Source: an uncultured Acidobacteriota bacterium (lineage in GTDB: Bacteria > Acidobacteriota > UBA6911). From it: DNA of 64,000 bases. The first letter of the stretch is position 1. Each line of letters starts with the position of its first letter. The DNA lies in NCBI GenBank assembly GCA_963809485.1, contig CAWEJX010000020.1:96001-160000 (forward strand), in the 5' to 3' direction. Shown here in pieces: positions 10,541-19,750 of this stretch. The notes beneath the pieces were generated by a model. The model was not told the origin of the DNA. It was given only the letters and a program-made list of their open reading frames with translations, and ran no database searches. The position numbers and the translations under genes are program-made.

Positions 10541-10589
10541 CGGGAAACCGGCAGCGGCGATTGACGTTCCGCCCGCTGCCGGTTACCCG
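10541..10589. terminator. Hairpin between convergent genes (probable bidirectional terminator)
   Basis: CGGGAAACCGGCAGCGG...CCGCTGCCGGTTACCCG. Confidence 0.55.
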
Positions 10590-10600
10590 CATTGCTTTCT

Positions 10601-11101
10601 TCAAATGTCCCTGTGCCAGTGAACAAAGGCAAATTTGTCCTCCGGCGCGTATCTGAGATTGAGAGTCCCTCCATAATCCCGCTGGACCGATTTGCCGATT
10701 CTTGCGACCAGGTGTTCGGTTGTAGCAGATAGTGTAATGCCCTCTCTATTTTCTTTCATTCCTATGATGCGCTCCAATGGCCTTTCTTCCTGAGTCTGTT
10801 TCTCCACATTTCTTATCCGGTTTAAAAGCTCCTGACGATGAGTATGGGCAAAAGTGCCGCTGAACTGAACTACACCCCCAACCAGCCCGTCGCGGACCTG
10901 CATGCAGGCCGGGCATAGCTTATATTGCCGCCCCTGTTCATTCGCCGAAGTCCCATGTTTCCAGACTCCGTCCTGGAAGCGGAGATCGCATCGAGGGCAC
11001 CGTGTATTCGAAGGATATTTGCCGGATCGTGGTAGCGACCCGCCGAGTTGACCGCGTTTCTGTTTGCGCAGTCCTTCGCGCAACTGCAACCTTTTAGCCA
11101 T
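10601..11101 (-). CDS. BCAM0308-family protein (two CxxC pairs, function unknown)
   Basis: CPRC...W...CPAC, PLERI, TTEHLVARIG, C-terminal VHWHR. Confidence 0.75.
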   Translation of the reverse strand: MAKRLQLREGLRKQKRGQLGGSLPRSGKYPSNTRCPRCDLRFQDGVWKHGTSANEQGRQYKLCPACMQVRDGLVGGVVQFSGTFAHTHRQELLNRIRNVEKQTQEERPLERIIGMKENREGITLSATTEHLVARIGKSVQRDYGGTLNLRYAPEDKFAFVHWHRDI

Positions 11102-11189
11102 CGATCCTCCTTAGGCACAAAAAATCAGAATTCATTGCCAAACCTGCGGACACAGCTTTTGTCCGCCAGCCTTGCCGACTGCCGGCCTT

Positions 11190-11666
11190 CTAGTACAGCA
11201 GGACCCCGAATGATCCGGTTTGGGGTCGTACCAGCCGTTCAAAGTCAGAGAAAGACATCTGGATAGTGTCCGCATGCGTCCCCGCGTTGAATGCAATGGT
11301 GGAGTTCAAACCGAGAGCTTCATCAACCCATACTTCCATGTGATAGAGATTCCCCAGCGGCGGCATCGCGCCCAGTTCGCATTCCGGGAAAACATCCCTG
11401 AATTCCTCCTCTGTCGCAATCCGCATGCAGCGCGCATCCAGAAGGTCTCCCAATGTATCAAGATCCACGCGGCTGTTCGCCGGAACGACAGCCATGATCA
11501 TTTTGCTGTCGTCAACCACGACCAACACAACCTTGGCGATCTTTTTACCGCTGAGGTGCTGCGCCTGCGCAGTCCCCTGCGCCGTGTATGCCGGCATGTG
11601 TCTGCATGGCTGATACGCAATGTGACGGGATTCCAAAAACTTGATGATATGAGCCGGAATTGGCAT
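11190..11666 (-). CDS. YbaK/EbsC aminoacyl-tRNA deacylase family
   Basis: AKVVLV, FPECELGAMPPLG, FNAGTH. Confidence 0.9.
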   Translation of the reverse strand: MPIPAHIIKFLESRHIAYQPCRHMPAYTAQGTAQAQHLSGKKIAKVVLVVVDDSKMIMAVVPANSRVDLDTLGDLLDARCMRIATEEEFRDVFPECELGAMPPLGNLYHMEVWVDEALGLNSTIAFNAGTHADTIQMSFSDFERLVRPQTGSFGVLLY

Positions 11667-12118
11667 GTTGCTCTCCTTTCCGGTTCGAAGGCGGGTGCGA
11701 TCAGGGCATGGCTCCCGTAAAGCTGCTCCAACGAAACCCGCCTTGAAACCACGAAGACAGGTTTATACAAATTTGCAGCTTATAATCGAACAGGGCTGCA
11801 ATTCTCCAGTCCTTGCCGGGATTGTGGATGTTTTCTGGAAGCAGCACATATTGTTCCGCTCCTTCCAATAATTCCTCTACCGTTATGCTATACCCTTTCC
11901 CCGGCGCGATCTACCTCATAACGAGATCCATCCGCGCCTGGGAGGGAATTTGAAGCCTTCGGGACTGGGAGGCTGAAGGGGGCTAAGACGCCAGAACGTC
12001 CGGTTCTTATTGTCAAAATCGGCTGACAGGAAGAATGGACTTTCTCCAAATTTCCTTTATAATGCTTCGGCTGGCAAGACCCGGTTATAAATGTTTCTAT
12101 TACGAAGGAGCGCAGAAC

Positions 12119-13882
12119 ATGCCCTATGATGCAACCAAAATGGCCGATTGGGAAATAGCCCAGGCCACTGAAAAAAATATGCCCTCGGCAGCCCAATGGA
12201 AGGAAAAACTGGGGCTTCAGGAGGACGAAATACTGCCCATGGGTAGAGTCAGTAAGCTGAATTTTCTCAAGATTATAGACCGGCTGAAGAATCGCCCTGA
12301 CGGCAAGTTTGTTGAAGTTACGGCAATCACCCCCACGCCCCTGGGCGAAGGTAAAACAACAACTTCCATCGGTTTAATGGAAGGGTTGGGCAAGTTGGGA
12401 AAGAATGTCGGCGGCTGCATCCGTCAGCCGTCGGGCGGGCCCACCATGAACATCAAGGGGACCGCGGCGGGCGGTGGCAATGCACTGCTGATCCCGATGA
12501 CCGAGTTCTCCCTCGGCCTTACCGGAGACCTCAACGACATTATGAATGCGCATAACCTCGCGATGGTCGCCCTGACCGCGCGGATGCAGCATGAGCGCAA
12601 CTATGACGATGAAAAACTGCAGAAGCTCTCAAAAATGCGCCGCCTTGATATCGATCCCACACGCGTGGAATTCACATGGGTGATGGATTTCTGTGCTCAG
12701 GCCTTGCGCCACATGGTGATCGGGATGGGGGACAAGCAGGACGGCTACATGATGAAGTCTCAGTTCAACATCATTCCGAGTTCCGAGCTCATGGCCATTC
12801 TTGCCATCGTGCGCGACCTGGCGGACCTGCGCGAACGCATCGGCAATATTACGCTGGCTTTCGACAAGTATGGCAAGGTGGTAACTACAAGCGACCTCGA
12901 GGTCGCGGGTGCCATGACAGCCTGGATGCGTAACACAATCAACCCGACTCTCTGTTGCACGGCCGAATATCAGCCCCTGCTGGTTCATGCCGGCCCGTTC
13001 GCAAACATCGCCGTGGGCCAGTCCTCTATCATCGGCGACAGGGTCGGACTCAAGCTGTGCGATTATCATGTTACAGAGAGCGGGTTCGGCGCCGACATCG
13101 GCTTCGAAAAATTCTGGAACGTCAAGTGCCGCTACGCCGGCATGAAGCCGAGCACTTCAGTGCTGACTGCCACCATCCGAGCGCTCAAAATGCACGGCAA
13201 GGGCCCAACCGTTACTCCGGGTGTTCCTCTGCCTGAAGCCTATACCAAAGAAAATCTCAAGCTGCTGGAAGACGGCCTCTGCAACATGATCCATCACATC
13301 GGAATCATCCGCAAAGCCGGCATCAACCCGGTGGTTTGCATCAACAAGTTCCACACGGATACCAAAGATGAAATCGCCATGGTCCGCAAGGCAGCCGAAG
13401 CCGCCGGAGCCCGTTGTGCCGTTTCCGAACAGTGGGCGAAGGGCGGTGAAGGTGCCGTCGAGCTGGCCGAGGCCGTAGTCGAAGCCTGCAACGAAAAGAT
13501 CAACTTCGATTACCTGTATCCTCTGGATATGAAACTCCGCGATCGCGTCGAAAAGATTGCGAAGGAAGTCTATGGCGCCGACGGTGTTTCCTGGGCGCCC
13601 GATGCGCTGGCCAAGGCAAAGGCATTCGAGGCGGATCCGAAGTACGCCGATTACGCCACGCTAATGGTGAAGACGCACCTGAGCCTTACCCATGAACCCG
13701 GACTGAAGGGAGTGCCCAAGGGATGGACACTTCCCATCCGCGACATCCTGATCTTCTCAGGCGCCAAGTTCCTCTGTCCGCTGGCAGGAAGCATCAGCCT
13801 GATGCCTGGCACCGGATCGAATCCCGGATTCCGGCGTGTCGACGTGGATGTAAAGACCGGCGATGTTATGGGATTGTTCTAG
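12119..13882 (+). CDS. fhs: Formate-tetrahydrofolate ligase
   Basis: [55 protein letters not shown] before ATG 12119. Confidence 0.97.
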   Translation: MPYDATKMADWEIAQATEKNMPSAAQWKEKLGLQEDEILPMGRVSKLNFLKIIDRLKNRPDGKFVEVTAITPTPLGEGKTTTSIGLMEGLGKLGKNVGGCIRQPSGGPTMNIKGTAAGGGNALLIPMTEFSLGLTGDLNDIMNAHNLAMVALTARMQHERNYDDEKLQKLSKMRRLDIDPTRVEFTWVMDFCAQALRHMVIGMGDKQDGYMMKSQFNIIPSSELMAILAIVRDLADLRERIGNITLAFDKYGKVVTTSDLEVAGAMTAWMRNTINPTLCCTAEYQPLLVHAGPFANIAVGQSSIIGDRVGLKLCDYHVTESGFGADIGFEKFWNVKCRYAGMKPSTSVLTATIRALKMHGKGPTVTPGVPLPEAYTKENLKLLEDGLCNMIHHIGIIRKAGINPVVCINKFHTDTKDEIAMVRKAAEAAGARCAVSEQWAKGGEGAVELAEAVVEACNEKINFDYLYPLDMKLRDRVEKIAKEVYGADGVSWAPDALAKAKAFEADPKYADYATLMVKTHLSLTHEPGLKGVPKGWTLPIRDILIFSGAKFLCPLAGSISLMPGTGSNPGFRRVDVDVKTGDVMGLF

Positions 13883-13920
13883 TCGGGCGTTCTCTGAACA
13901 GAGAACCGTTGGAGTACTGC

Positions 13921-13975
13921 AAATCCGCCCCGGCTCATGCGGGATCAACAAATTCGGCTGAGTCGGGGCGGATTT
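13921..13975. terminator. Long hairpin between convergent fhs and MFS genes
   Basis: AAATCCGCCCCGGCTCA...TGAGTCGGGGCGGATTT. Confidence 0.6.
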
Positions 13976-15253
13976 CTATTTTGGGAGACTGGCAGACGAT
14001 CCCCGGATCATAAAAAAAGCCGATCCCGCGAGGCAACAGATGCCCCCGAGCGCAACCGCCAGGGGCGCTCCAACGTTTTCAGCGATGATCCCGGCCAGAA
14101 AAGAACCAAAAGGCGCCATTCCCATAAAAATGGTGGTGTGTACCGCCATCACCCTGCCGCGCAGGTTGTCGGGAACCATCAGCTGAATCAAGGTGTTTGT
14201 ACATGCCATCTGAAGCATAAACGAAAAACCCACCGGGACCAGAAAAAGCGCCGAAAGCCAGAAAGAACGGGAGGCTGAAAACAAAATCAGGCTGAAGCCG
14301 AATCCGGCAGATGCCAGGGCGATCAGTTTTTGAAGCCCCCGCGAGCTGGACCGCGCTGCCAGCATAATGGCGCCTGCAACGGCGCCCAACCCTGTGGAGC
14401 CCATCAGGATGCCCAGGCCGCGCGAGCCTCCGTGAAGTATCGAGTCGGCAAAAATGGGCATGAGCACCGAATAGGGCATCCCCACAAGACTTACCAATCC
14501 CAGAAGCATCAGCACGTTTCGAATGGATCCCGCACGCCGCACAAAACGGAATCCTTCCAGCAATTCGCTGATGCCCGAGCTGCGGCTCGCAACCGGCGCC
14601 CCGTGATCCAGCCTCATAAGCAGCAGGCCGCCGATGACGGCCAAAAAGCTGAGGGAATTGCCGAAAAAACACCACCCTTCCCCGATGCCGGCGATGAGCA
14701 CTCCCGCGACCGCAGGCCCCAGCACTCGCGCGCCGTTAAAGAGCGTGGAATTGAGCGCTATGGCATTTAGCAGGTCCTCTTTCCTGACCAGTTCCACCAC
14801 GAAGGCCTGGCGCGCCGGCATGTCGAATGCATTCACTATGCCCAGAATCGCTGCGAGCACGAAGATATGCCAGATCCGGACGGTTCCACTCAGCGTGAGC
14901 AAAGCCAGAATCAATGCCTGGATCATTGCGGCCGTCTGGGTTGCGATGACGACTTTGCGGCGGTCATATCTATCGGCTACCGTCCCTCCGATAAAAGCCA
15001 GCAGGAGGACCGGGATCTGGGATGCGAAGCCTACCGAGCCAAGCAGCAGAGACGATCCCGTCAGCCGGTACACGAGCCAGGGCTGTGCGACCATCTGCAT
15101 CCAGGTTCCGACAAGGGAGACGAGCTGACCTCCAAAAAACAGGCGGTAGTTCCGATGCCGCAAGGCACGAAGCATCAGCCTGAATTTCGCAGGGTTTTGG
15201 CCGGTGATTTGCGGCACATCGCTTCCCGGGTCGATGACGGGAGTGTTCTGCAT
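13976..15253 (-). CDS. MFS transporter (MFS_3/DHA3-like)
   Basis: RALRHRNYRLFF, GTVADRYDRR, PARQAF, LRGRVM, about 12 hydrophobic segments. Confidence 0.92.
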   Translation of the reverse strand: MQNTPVIDPGSDVPQITGQNPAKFRLMLRALRHRNYRLFFGGQLVSLVGTWMQMVAQPWLVYRLTGSSLLLGSVGFASQIPVLLLAFIGGTVADRYDRRKVVIATQTAAMIQALILALLTLSGTVRIWHIFVLAAILGIVNAFDMPARQAFVVELVRKEDLLNAIALNSTLFNGARVLGPAVAGVLIAGIGEGWCFFGNSLSFLAVIGGLLLMRLDHGAPVASRSSGISELLEGFRFVRRAGSIRNVLMLLGLVSLVGMPYSVLMPIFADSILHGGSRGLGILMGSTGLGAVAGAIMLAARSSSRGLQKLIALASAGFGFSLILFSASRSFWLSALFLVPVGFSFMLQMACTNTLIQLMVPDNLRGRVMAVHTTIFMGMAPFGSFLAGIIAENVGAPLAVALGGICCLAGSAFFMIRGSSASLPK

Positions 15254-15581
15254 ACGGGGCGCAGTTTATCCCAATGCCGCATGGAAGGCCAGTTCGGCAT
15301 CGTGTCCGTTCTCTGCCTGCAATGGTGGGCTCCTCAGCGCCTTTATCAGCAAATGCCAGTATCAGCTGTTCCTGAATCCACCGGATTCCTTGAGTCCTCC
15401 CAAAAAGCCAGGCCAAGGGAACCGATGAAACCATGCGTCGTGGGAAACGCATGCAAGGTCCTAATAAGATTAAAAGACAATGCAATATCGGGAAATGGAA
15501 AAGGGTTCGGCTGCCGGGCCGGGAAGGAAAGGCGCGGAAATGCTCGTCAGGGCGGCCTTGCGGCCGCCCTCTCAGGCACGG

Positions 15582-16469
15582 CTACTGAATCAGGCCAACG
15601 CTTCGTTTGGCCGCGTTCAGCGTATTCTGCATTAACATTGCGATCGTCATCGGGCCCACCCCTCCGGGAACCGGTGTGATTGCGCCGGCCACTTCTTTGG
15701 CCTTTTCGAAATCGACATCTCCGACCAGCCTCTGCCCGCTCTTTTTCGTGGCATCCGGGATAGCGTTCGTCCCTACGTCGATGATGGTCGCTCCGGGCTT
15801 GATCCACTCGGCTTTGACAAACTGCGCTTTGCCGATGGCTGCTACCACGATATCCGCTTCGCGCACGACATCGGCAATGTTCTGCGTGCGGGAATGGCAG
15901 ATTGTCACGGTAGCGTTCCTATGAACCAGCAGCATGGCAGCCGGCAAGCCGACGATATTTGACCGGCCCAGGACAACCGCCCGGGCACCCTCGATCTTTG
16001 TTCCCGCCGAATCGATCAGCTCAATGACACCGGCAGGGGTACACGGCACAAACATCGGTTCCCGGTTTTTCATGGCCAGGCGGCCGATATTGACCGGGTG
16101 AAATCCGTCAATGTCTTTTTCGATAGGAACGGCGCCCAGGATGGATTCCGTATCCAGATGCTTCGGCAGGGGCAATTGTACGAGAATGCCGTGAACCTTC
16201 GGGTCTGCCGCGAGTTCGCGCACAACTTTCATGGCGTCCTCTTGCGAGATGTCGGCGGGCAAAGTCCGGCCGACCGAAGCCATTCCAAGCTCCTGGCACA
16301 TTTTGTTCTTCATGCCGACATAGGTTTTGGATGCCGGATTTTCGCCGATCAGCACGGCAGCCAGTCCCGGAGCGATGCTGAATTTCGCCCGAAGCGATTC
16401 CGCCTCCTGCTTGACGCGATCCTGAATGATTTGAGCGACGGCTTTGCCGTCGATTAATTTTGCAGTCAT
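15582..16469 (-). CDS. folD: Methylenetetrahydrofolate dehydrogenase/cyclohydrolase
   Basis: VHGILVQLPLP, KDIDGFHP, PCTPAG, GRSNIVGLP, TPVPGGVGPMT. Confidence 0.97.
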   Translation of the reverse strand: MTAKLIDGKAVAQIIQDRVKQEAESLRAKFSIAPGLAAVLIGENPASKTYVGMKNKMCQELGMASVGRTLPADISQEDAMKVVRELAADPKVHGILVQLPLPKHLDTESILGAVPIEKDIDGFHPVNIGRLAMKNREPMFVPCTPAGVIELIDSAGTKIEGARAVVLGRSNIVGLPAAMLLVHRNATVTICHSRTQNIADVVREADIVVAAIGKAQFVKAEWIKPGATIIDVGTNAIPDATKKSGQRLVGDVDFEKAKEVAGAITPVPGGVGPMTIAMLMQNTLNAAKRSVGLIQ

Positions 16470-16826
16470 TTTATCTCCTTAATGAAATAGGGAAAAAGCG
16501 AGCGCGCTTTGATTCGGCCTACCTATATAATGCAGTACTTCCCTTTTCGACACTCCAACGTTGTATTCCCAGCCCCCTAATCCTTTCAGCGCTTCAGAAG
16601 CCGCCATCGCCCGGCGCAGTTCGGGCCCGGGATAAAACCTTAAGGCGCCATGATTGAATGCACCCGGGCTTATTTGGCGCAAAGCGCGCAAATTTTACCA
16701 TGGACAAGCCTCCTAATGCTCTGGAATTTCATGGCGTGGCCAGGCGCACTCCGTGCATTTTTGCCGGCAGCAGCCTGTATTGACAGGATAAAGCCGGGGG
16801 GATTATCGTAAACAGAGAAGGACCCA

Positions 16827-18059
16827 ATGATCTCGCGACGTGAGTTCCTGATTTCCGCTTCAAAGACCGCTTCGATGGCCGGAGTACCGCTGGCGCTGTC
16901 CACGGCCCTTCCGGATGGGTGGGTCTCAGATGCCTTCGGTTTTGCGGTTCCCGATGCCGCGGACAACCTGATTCGAACCGCTCCAAAGGCGCGCTACTGG
17001 ATATCAACGGCCTCCCCCAACGTCGATTGCCGGAATTGCCATAAGCCTGAATACGCAACCAGCGGCAAGGGATATACCCACAAGCCTGCCACGGTACAAT
17101 GCGTCTTGTGCGCTCAGAACTGCGTTCTGCGCGCCGGCGAACGGGGCAAGTGCAGGTCCAGGATGAACGTCAACGGCGAATTGCGGAGCCTGGTATACGG
17201 CCGGCCCGTCTCCGTGCACGTGGATCCCATCGAAAAAAAGCCCTTCTATCATTTTCTGCCGGGTGCCGATGCTTTTTCCTTCGCCACCTCCGGCTGCCCT
17301 CTGAGGTGCAAGTTCTGCCAGAACTGGGAAATCTCCCAGTCCCGCCCGGAGGATTTCGACACGGTCATCGTGCCGCCCGAGGAGATCGTCCGGTCGGCTT
17401 CATCCCGCAAAGCCCCGGTCATTGCCTTCACGTACAACGAACCCACCGTTTTTATCGAATACCTTAGCGACACCGCCAAAATTGCAAAGCGGCAGAAGCT
17501 GCGCTGTGTCCTGGTAAGCTGCGGTTTCATGAACACGGCTCCACTGAGTGAAATGTGCGGGCTTCTGGATGCCATCAAAATCGATCTGAAGGGCTTCAGT
17601 CCCGATTTTTACCGCAATGTCTGCGACGCAGAGATTCAGCCTGTGCTCAACAGCATCCGGCATGTCGCCAGGAGTAAAGTTCACCTGGAAATCGTCAATC
17701 TGGTGGTACCCACCCTGAACGATTCCGAAAAAATGCTGCGCGGTCTTGTGGACTGGATCCTTGGAGAGATCGGCCCGGATGTGCCGATTCATTTCACCCG
17801 GTTTCATCCTGACTATCAGCTTCTCAACCTTCCTCCGACGCCGGTGGCGACTCTGGAAAGAGCTCGGGATCTTGCCGTGAGTCGAGGTATCCGTTTCGCC
17901 TATGTGGGAAATGTCCCGAACCATCCGGGTAATCACACCTATTGCCCCGCATGCGGCAAAGCCGTGATTCGGCGGACCTCGATTTTCATAGAGGAAATGA
18001 GCTTGATAAAAGGATGCTGCAAGTTCTGCGGCAAGGCAATTCCCGGTGTATGGTCTTGA
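16827..18059 (+). CDS. amrS: AmmeMemoRadiSam radical SAM enzyme with twin-arginine-like leader
   Basis: DPIEKKPFYHF, GCPLRCKFCQNWEISQ (CxxxCxxC), TYNEP, HFTRFHP, YVGNV. N-terminus MISRREFL. Confidence 0.92.
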   Translation: MISRREFLISASKTASMAGVPLALSTALPDGWVSDAFGFAVPDAADNLIRTAPKARYWISTASPNVDCRNCHKPEYATSGKGYTHKPATVQCVLCAQNCVLRAGERGKCRSRMNVNGELRSLVYGRPVSVHVDPIEKKPFYHFLPGADAFSFATSGCPLRCKFCQNWEISQSRPEDFDTVIVPPEEIVRSASSRKAPVIAFTYNEPTVFIEYLSDTAKIAKRQKLRCVLVSCGFMNTAPLSEMCGLLDAIKIDLKGFSPDFYRNVCDAEIQPVLNSIRHVARSKVHLEIVNLVVPTLNDSEKMLRGLVDWILGEIGPDVPIHFTRFHPDYQLLNLPPTPVATLERARDLAVSRGIRFAYVGNVPNHPGNHTYCPACGKAVIRRTSIFIEEMSLIKGCCKFCGKAIPGVWS

Positions 18060-18116
18060 ATAAGAAATGCGGAATTCGGGCTGGCGGCTTATTCAATATG
18101 GCCCAGGGAATACTAT

Positions 18117-19643
18117 ATGAAAAGAATGCGGACAGTCATGTTTGCAGCCTTAATCGGTTTTTCTTACCTGGGATCCGGCGCTTGCGGCAATCCGAAAGCC
18201 ACGGATATACGCACGCCTTCCGTGGCGGGGAAATTCTATCCCGCAGATCCTGAAAAGCTGAGGCACGCGATACAGCTGTTTCTCAGAGACTCCGTCAGGA
18301 TACCCATAGAGACGCCCGTGGCGATCATTGTCCCTCATGCAGGGTATATTTACGCGGGGCAGATATACGCTGACGCCTATCGTCAGGTTATGGGGCGGCA
18401 TTATGATGTCGTCGCAATCCTGGGCGTGAATCATACAGCGCCGGGATTCAGCGGAGTGTCGTTGGGCCCTTACAGCGCCTATCGAACGCCGCTCGGGGAT
18501 GTTCCGGTCGATGTAGAAATTACTTCCAGGCTGCTTTCGGTATGCAGGGACTGCAACCGTGACCGCCAGGCCCAGGCAGCTGAGCATTCGATCGAGGTTC
18601 AGGTCCCATTCATCCAGGTCCTGTTCCCAAACGCCAAAATTGTTCCAGCCATTCTTCATCCGCCGGATATGGGCATGTGTACACGCTTCGGGAAGTCTCT
18701 GGCGAAGGCGCTCAAAAACCGGCAGGCGCTGATTGTCATCAGTTCCGACCTGTCCCACTACCCGGATTCGGACAATGCAGCCAAGGCGGATCGTGAGACG
18801 CTCGATGGGATCGCAACACTGGATGCTTCAAAAATCGTGTCTTTAATGCATACACTCAATTTTCCGAACCTGGACACGCGGGCATGCGGAGAAGCGTCGA
18901 TCCTGGCCGGGCTGACGGCTGCCAAAGTGCTGGGCGCCACACAGGCTATCGCTGCCGGCTACGCCAATTCGGGCGACGTAGCCGTGGGAGACAGGTCGCG
19001 GGCCGTAGGTTACGGTGCTATGGTGCTGGCTGCGGGCAGCACCGCAACCGGCATTCAATCCCTGGACCGGCCGGCGCCGCCTTCCCGGTTCACTCCGCTC
19101 CAGGGCGGCGAAAAGCATGAGCTGCTGAAACTCGCAAGGGAAACGATCAAACGTTATCTGGATACACAAACGGTCCCGCTCGCCAGGAATTTCCCTGCCC
19201 GGTTGAATTACCGCCAGGGCGCATTTGTAACTCTTAAAAAGAACGGCCAGCTTCGGGGCTGCATCGGGCATATCCCCCCGGATACGGAACTGTGCAAGGC
19301 GGTGAGTGCAGCGGCGCTGCTTTCCGCATTCGAAGACACAAGGTTCCTCCCCGTGCAAGCGAATGAACTGGGAAGCATCGAGATAGAGATTTCCGCCCTG
19401 ACTCCCATGAAGCCTATACGATCTGCGGATGAAATCGCGGTCGGGCGCGACGGAGTTCTCATTATTAAGGAAGGGGCCTCCGCCATTTTTCTTCCTCAAG
19501 TCGCGCCCGAAAACAACTGGGGACGGGAGGAAATGCTCGAAAACCTCTGCAGGAAGGGAGGATGGCCGGCCGGCTGCTGGAAGCAGGACGCCAAACTGCA
19601 GGTCTTCCAGGCCGATGTTTTCAACGAATCCCAATTCCGATAG
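18117..19643 (+). CDS. amrB: AmmeMemoRadiSam protein B (MEMO) fused to protein A (AMMECR1), with N-terminal signal peptide
   Basis: MEMO motifs VAGKFYP, PHAGY, EHSIEVQ, SSDLSHY. AMMECR1 motifs GAFVTL, LRGCIG, FLPQVA. Confidence 0.92.
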   Translation: MKRMRTVMFAALIGFSYLGSGACGNPKATDIRTPSVAGKFYPADPEKLRHAIQLFLRDSVRIPIETPVAIIVPHAGYIYAGQIYADAYRQVMGRHYDVVAILGVNHTAPGFSGVSLGPYSAYRTPLGDVPVDVEITSRLLSVCRDCNRDRQAQAAEHSIEVQVPFIQVLFPNAKIVPAILHPPDMGMCTRFGKSLAKALKNRQALIVISSDLSHYPDSDNAAKADRETLDGIATLDASKIVSLMHTLNFPNLDTRACGEASILAGLTAAKVLGATQAIAAGYANSGDVAVGDRSRAVGYGAMVLAAGSTATGIQSLDRPAPPSRFTPLQGGEKHELLKLARETIKRYLDTQTVPLARNFPARLNYRQGAFVTLKKNGQLRGCIGHIPPDTELCKAVSAAALLSAFEDTRFLPVQANELGSIEIEISALTPMKPIRSADEIAVGRDGVLIIKEGASAIFLPQVAPENNWGREEMLENLCRKGGWPAGCWKQDAKLQVFQADVFNESQFR

Positions 19644-19750
19644 GAATCATCAGCCGGGCCTTCGTCCTTTGCGGTTGAAGACGGCTGCCCGCAAAGGTGC
19701 CGAGCCTCCAGGGCGACCTAAAATGCGGCGGCTACAGGGATCTGATCTTG

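Noticed and set aside
11890-12118. THF or ZTP riboswitch before fhs
   Set aside because: Only a CGCCTGGG fragment resembles the ZTP aptamer 3' end. The other conserved elements are missing or out of order.
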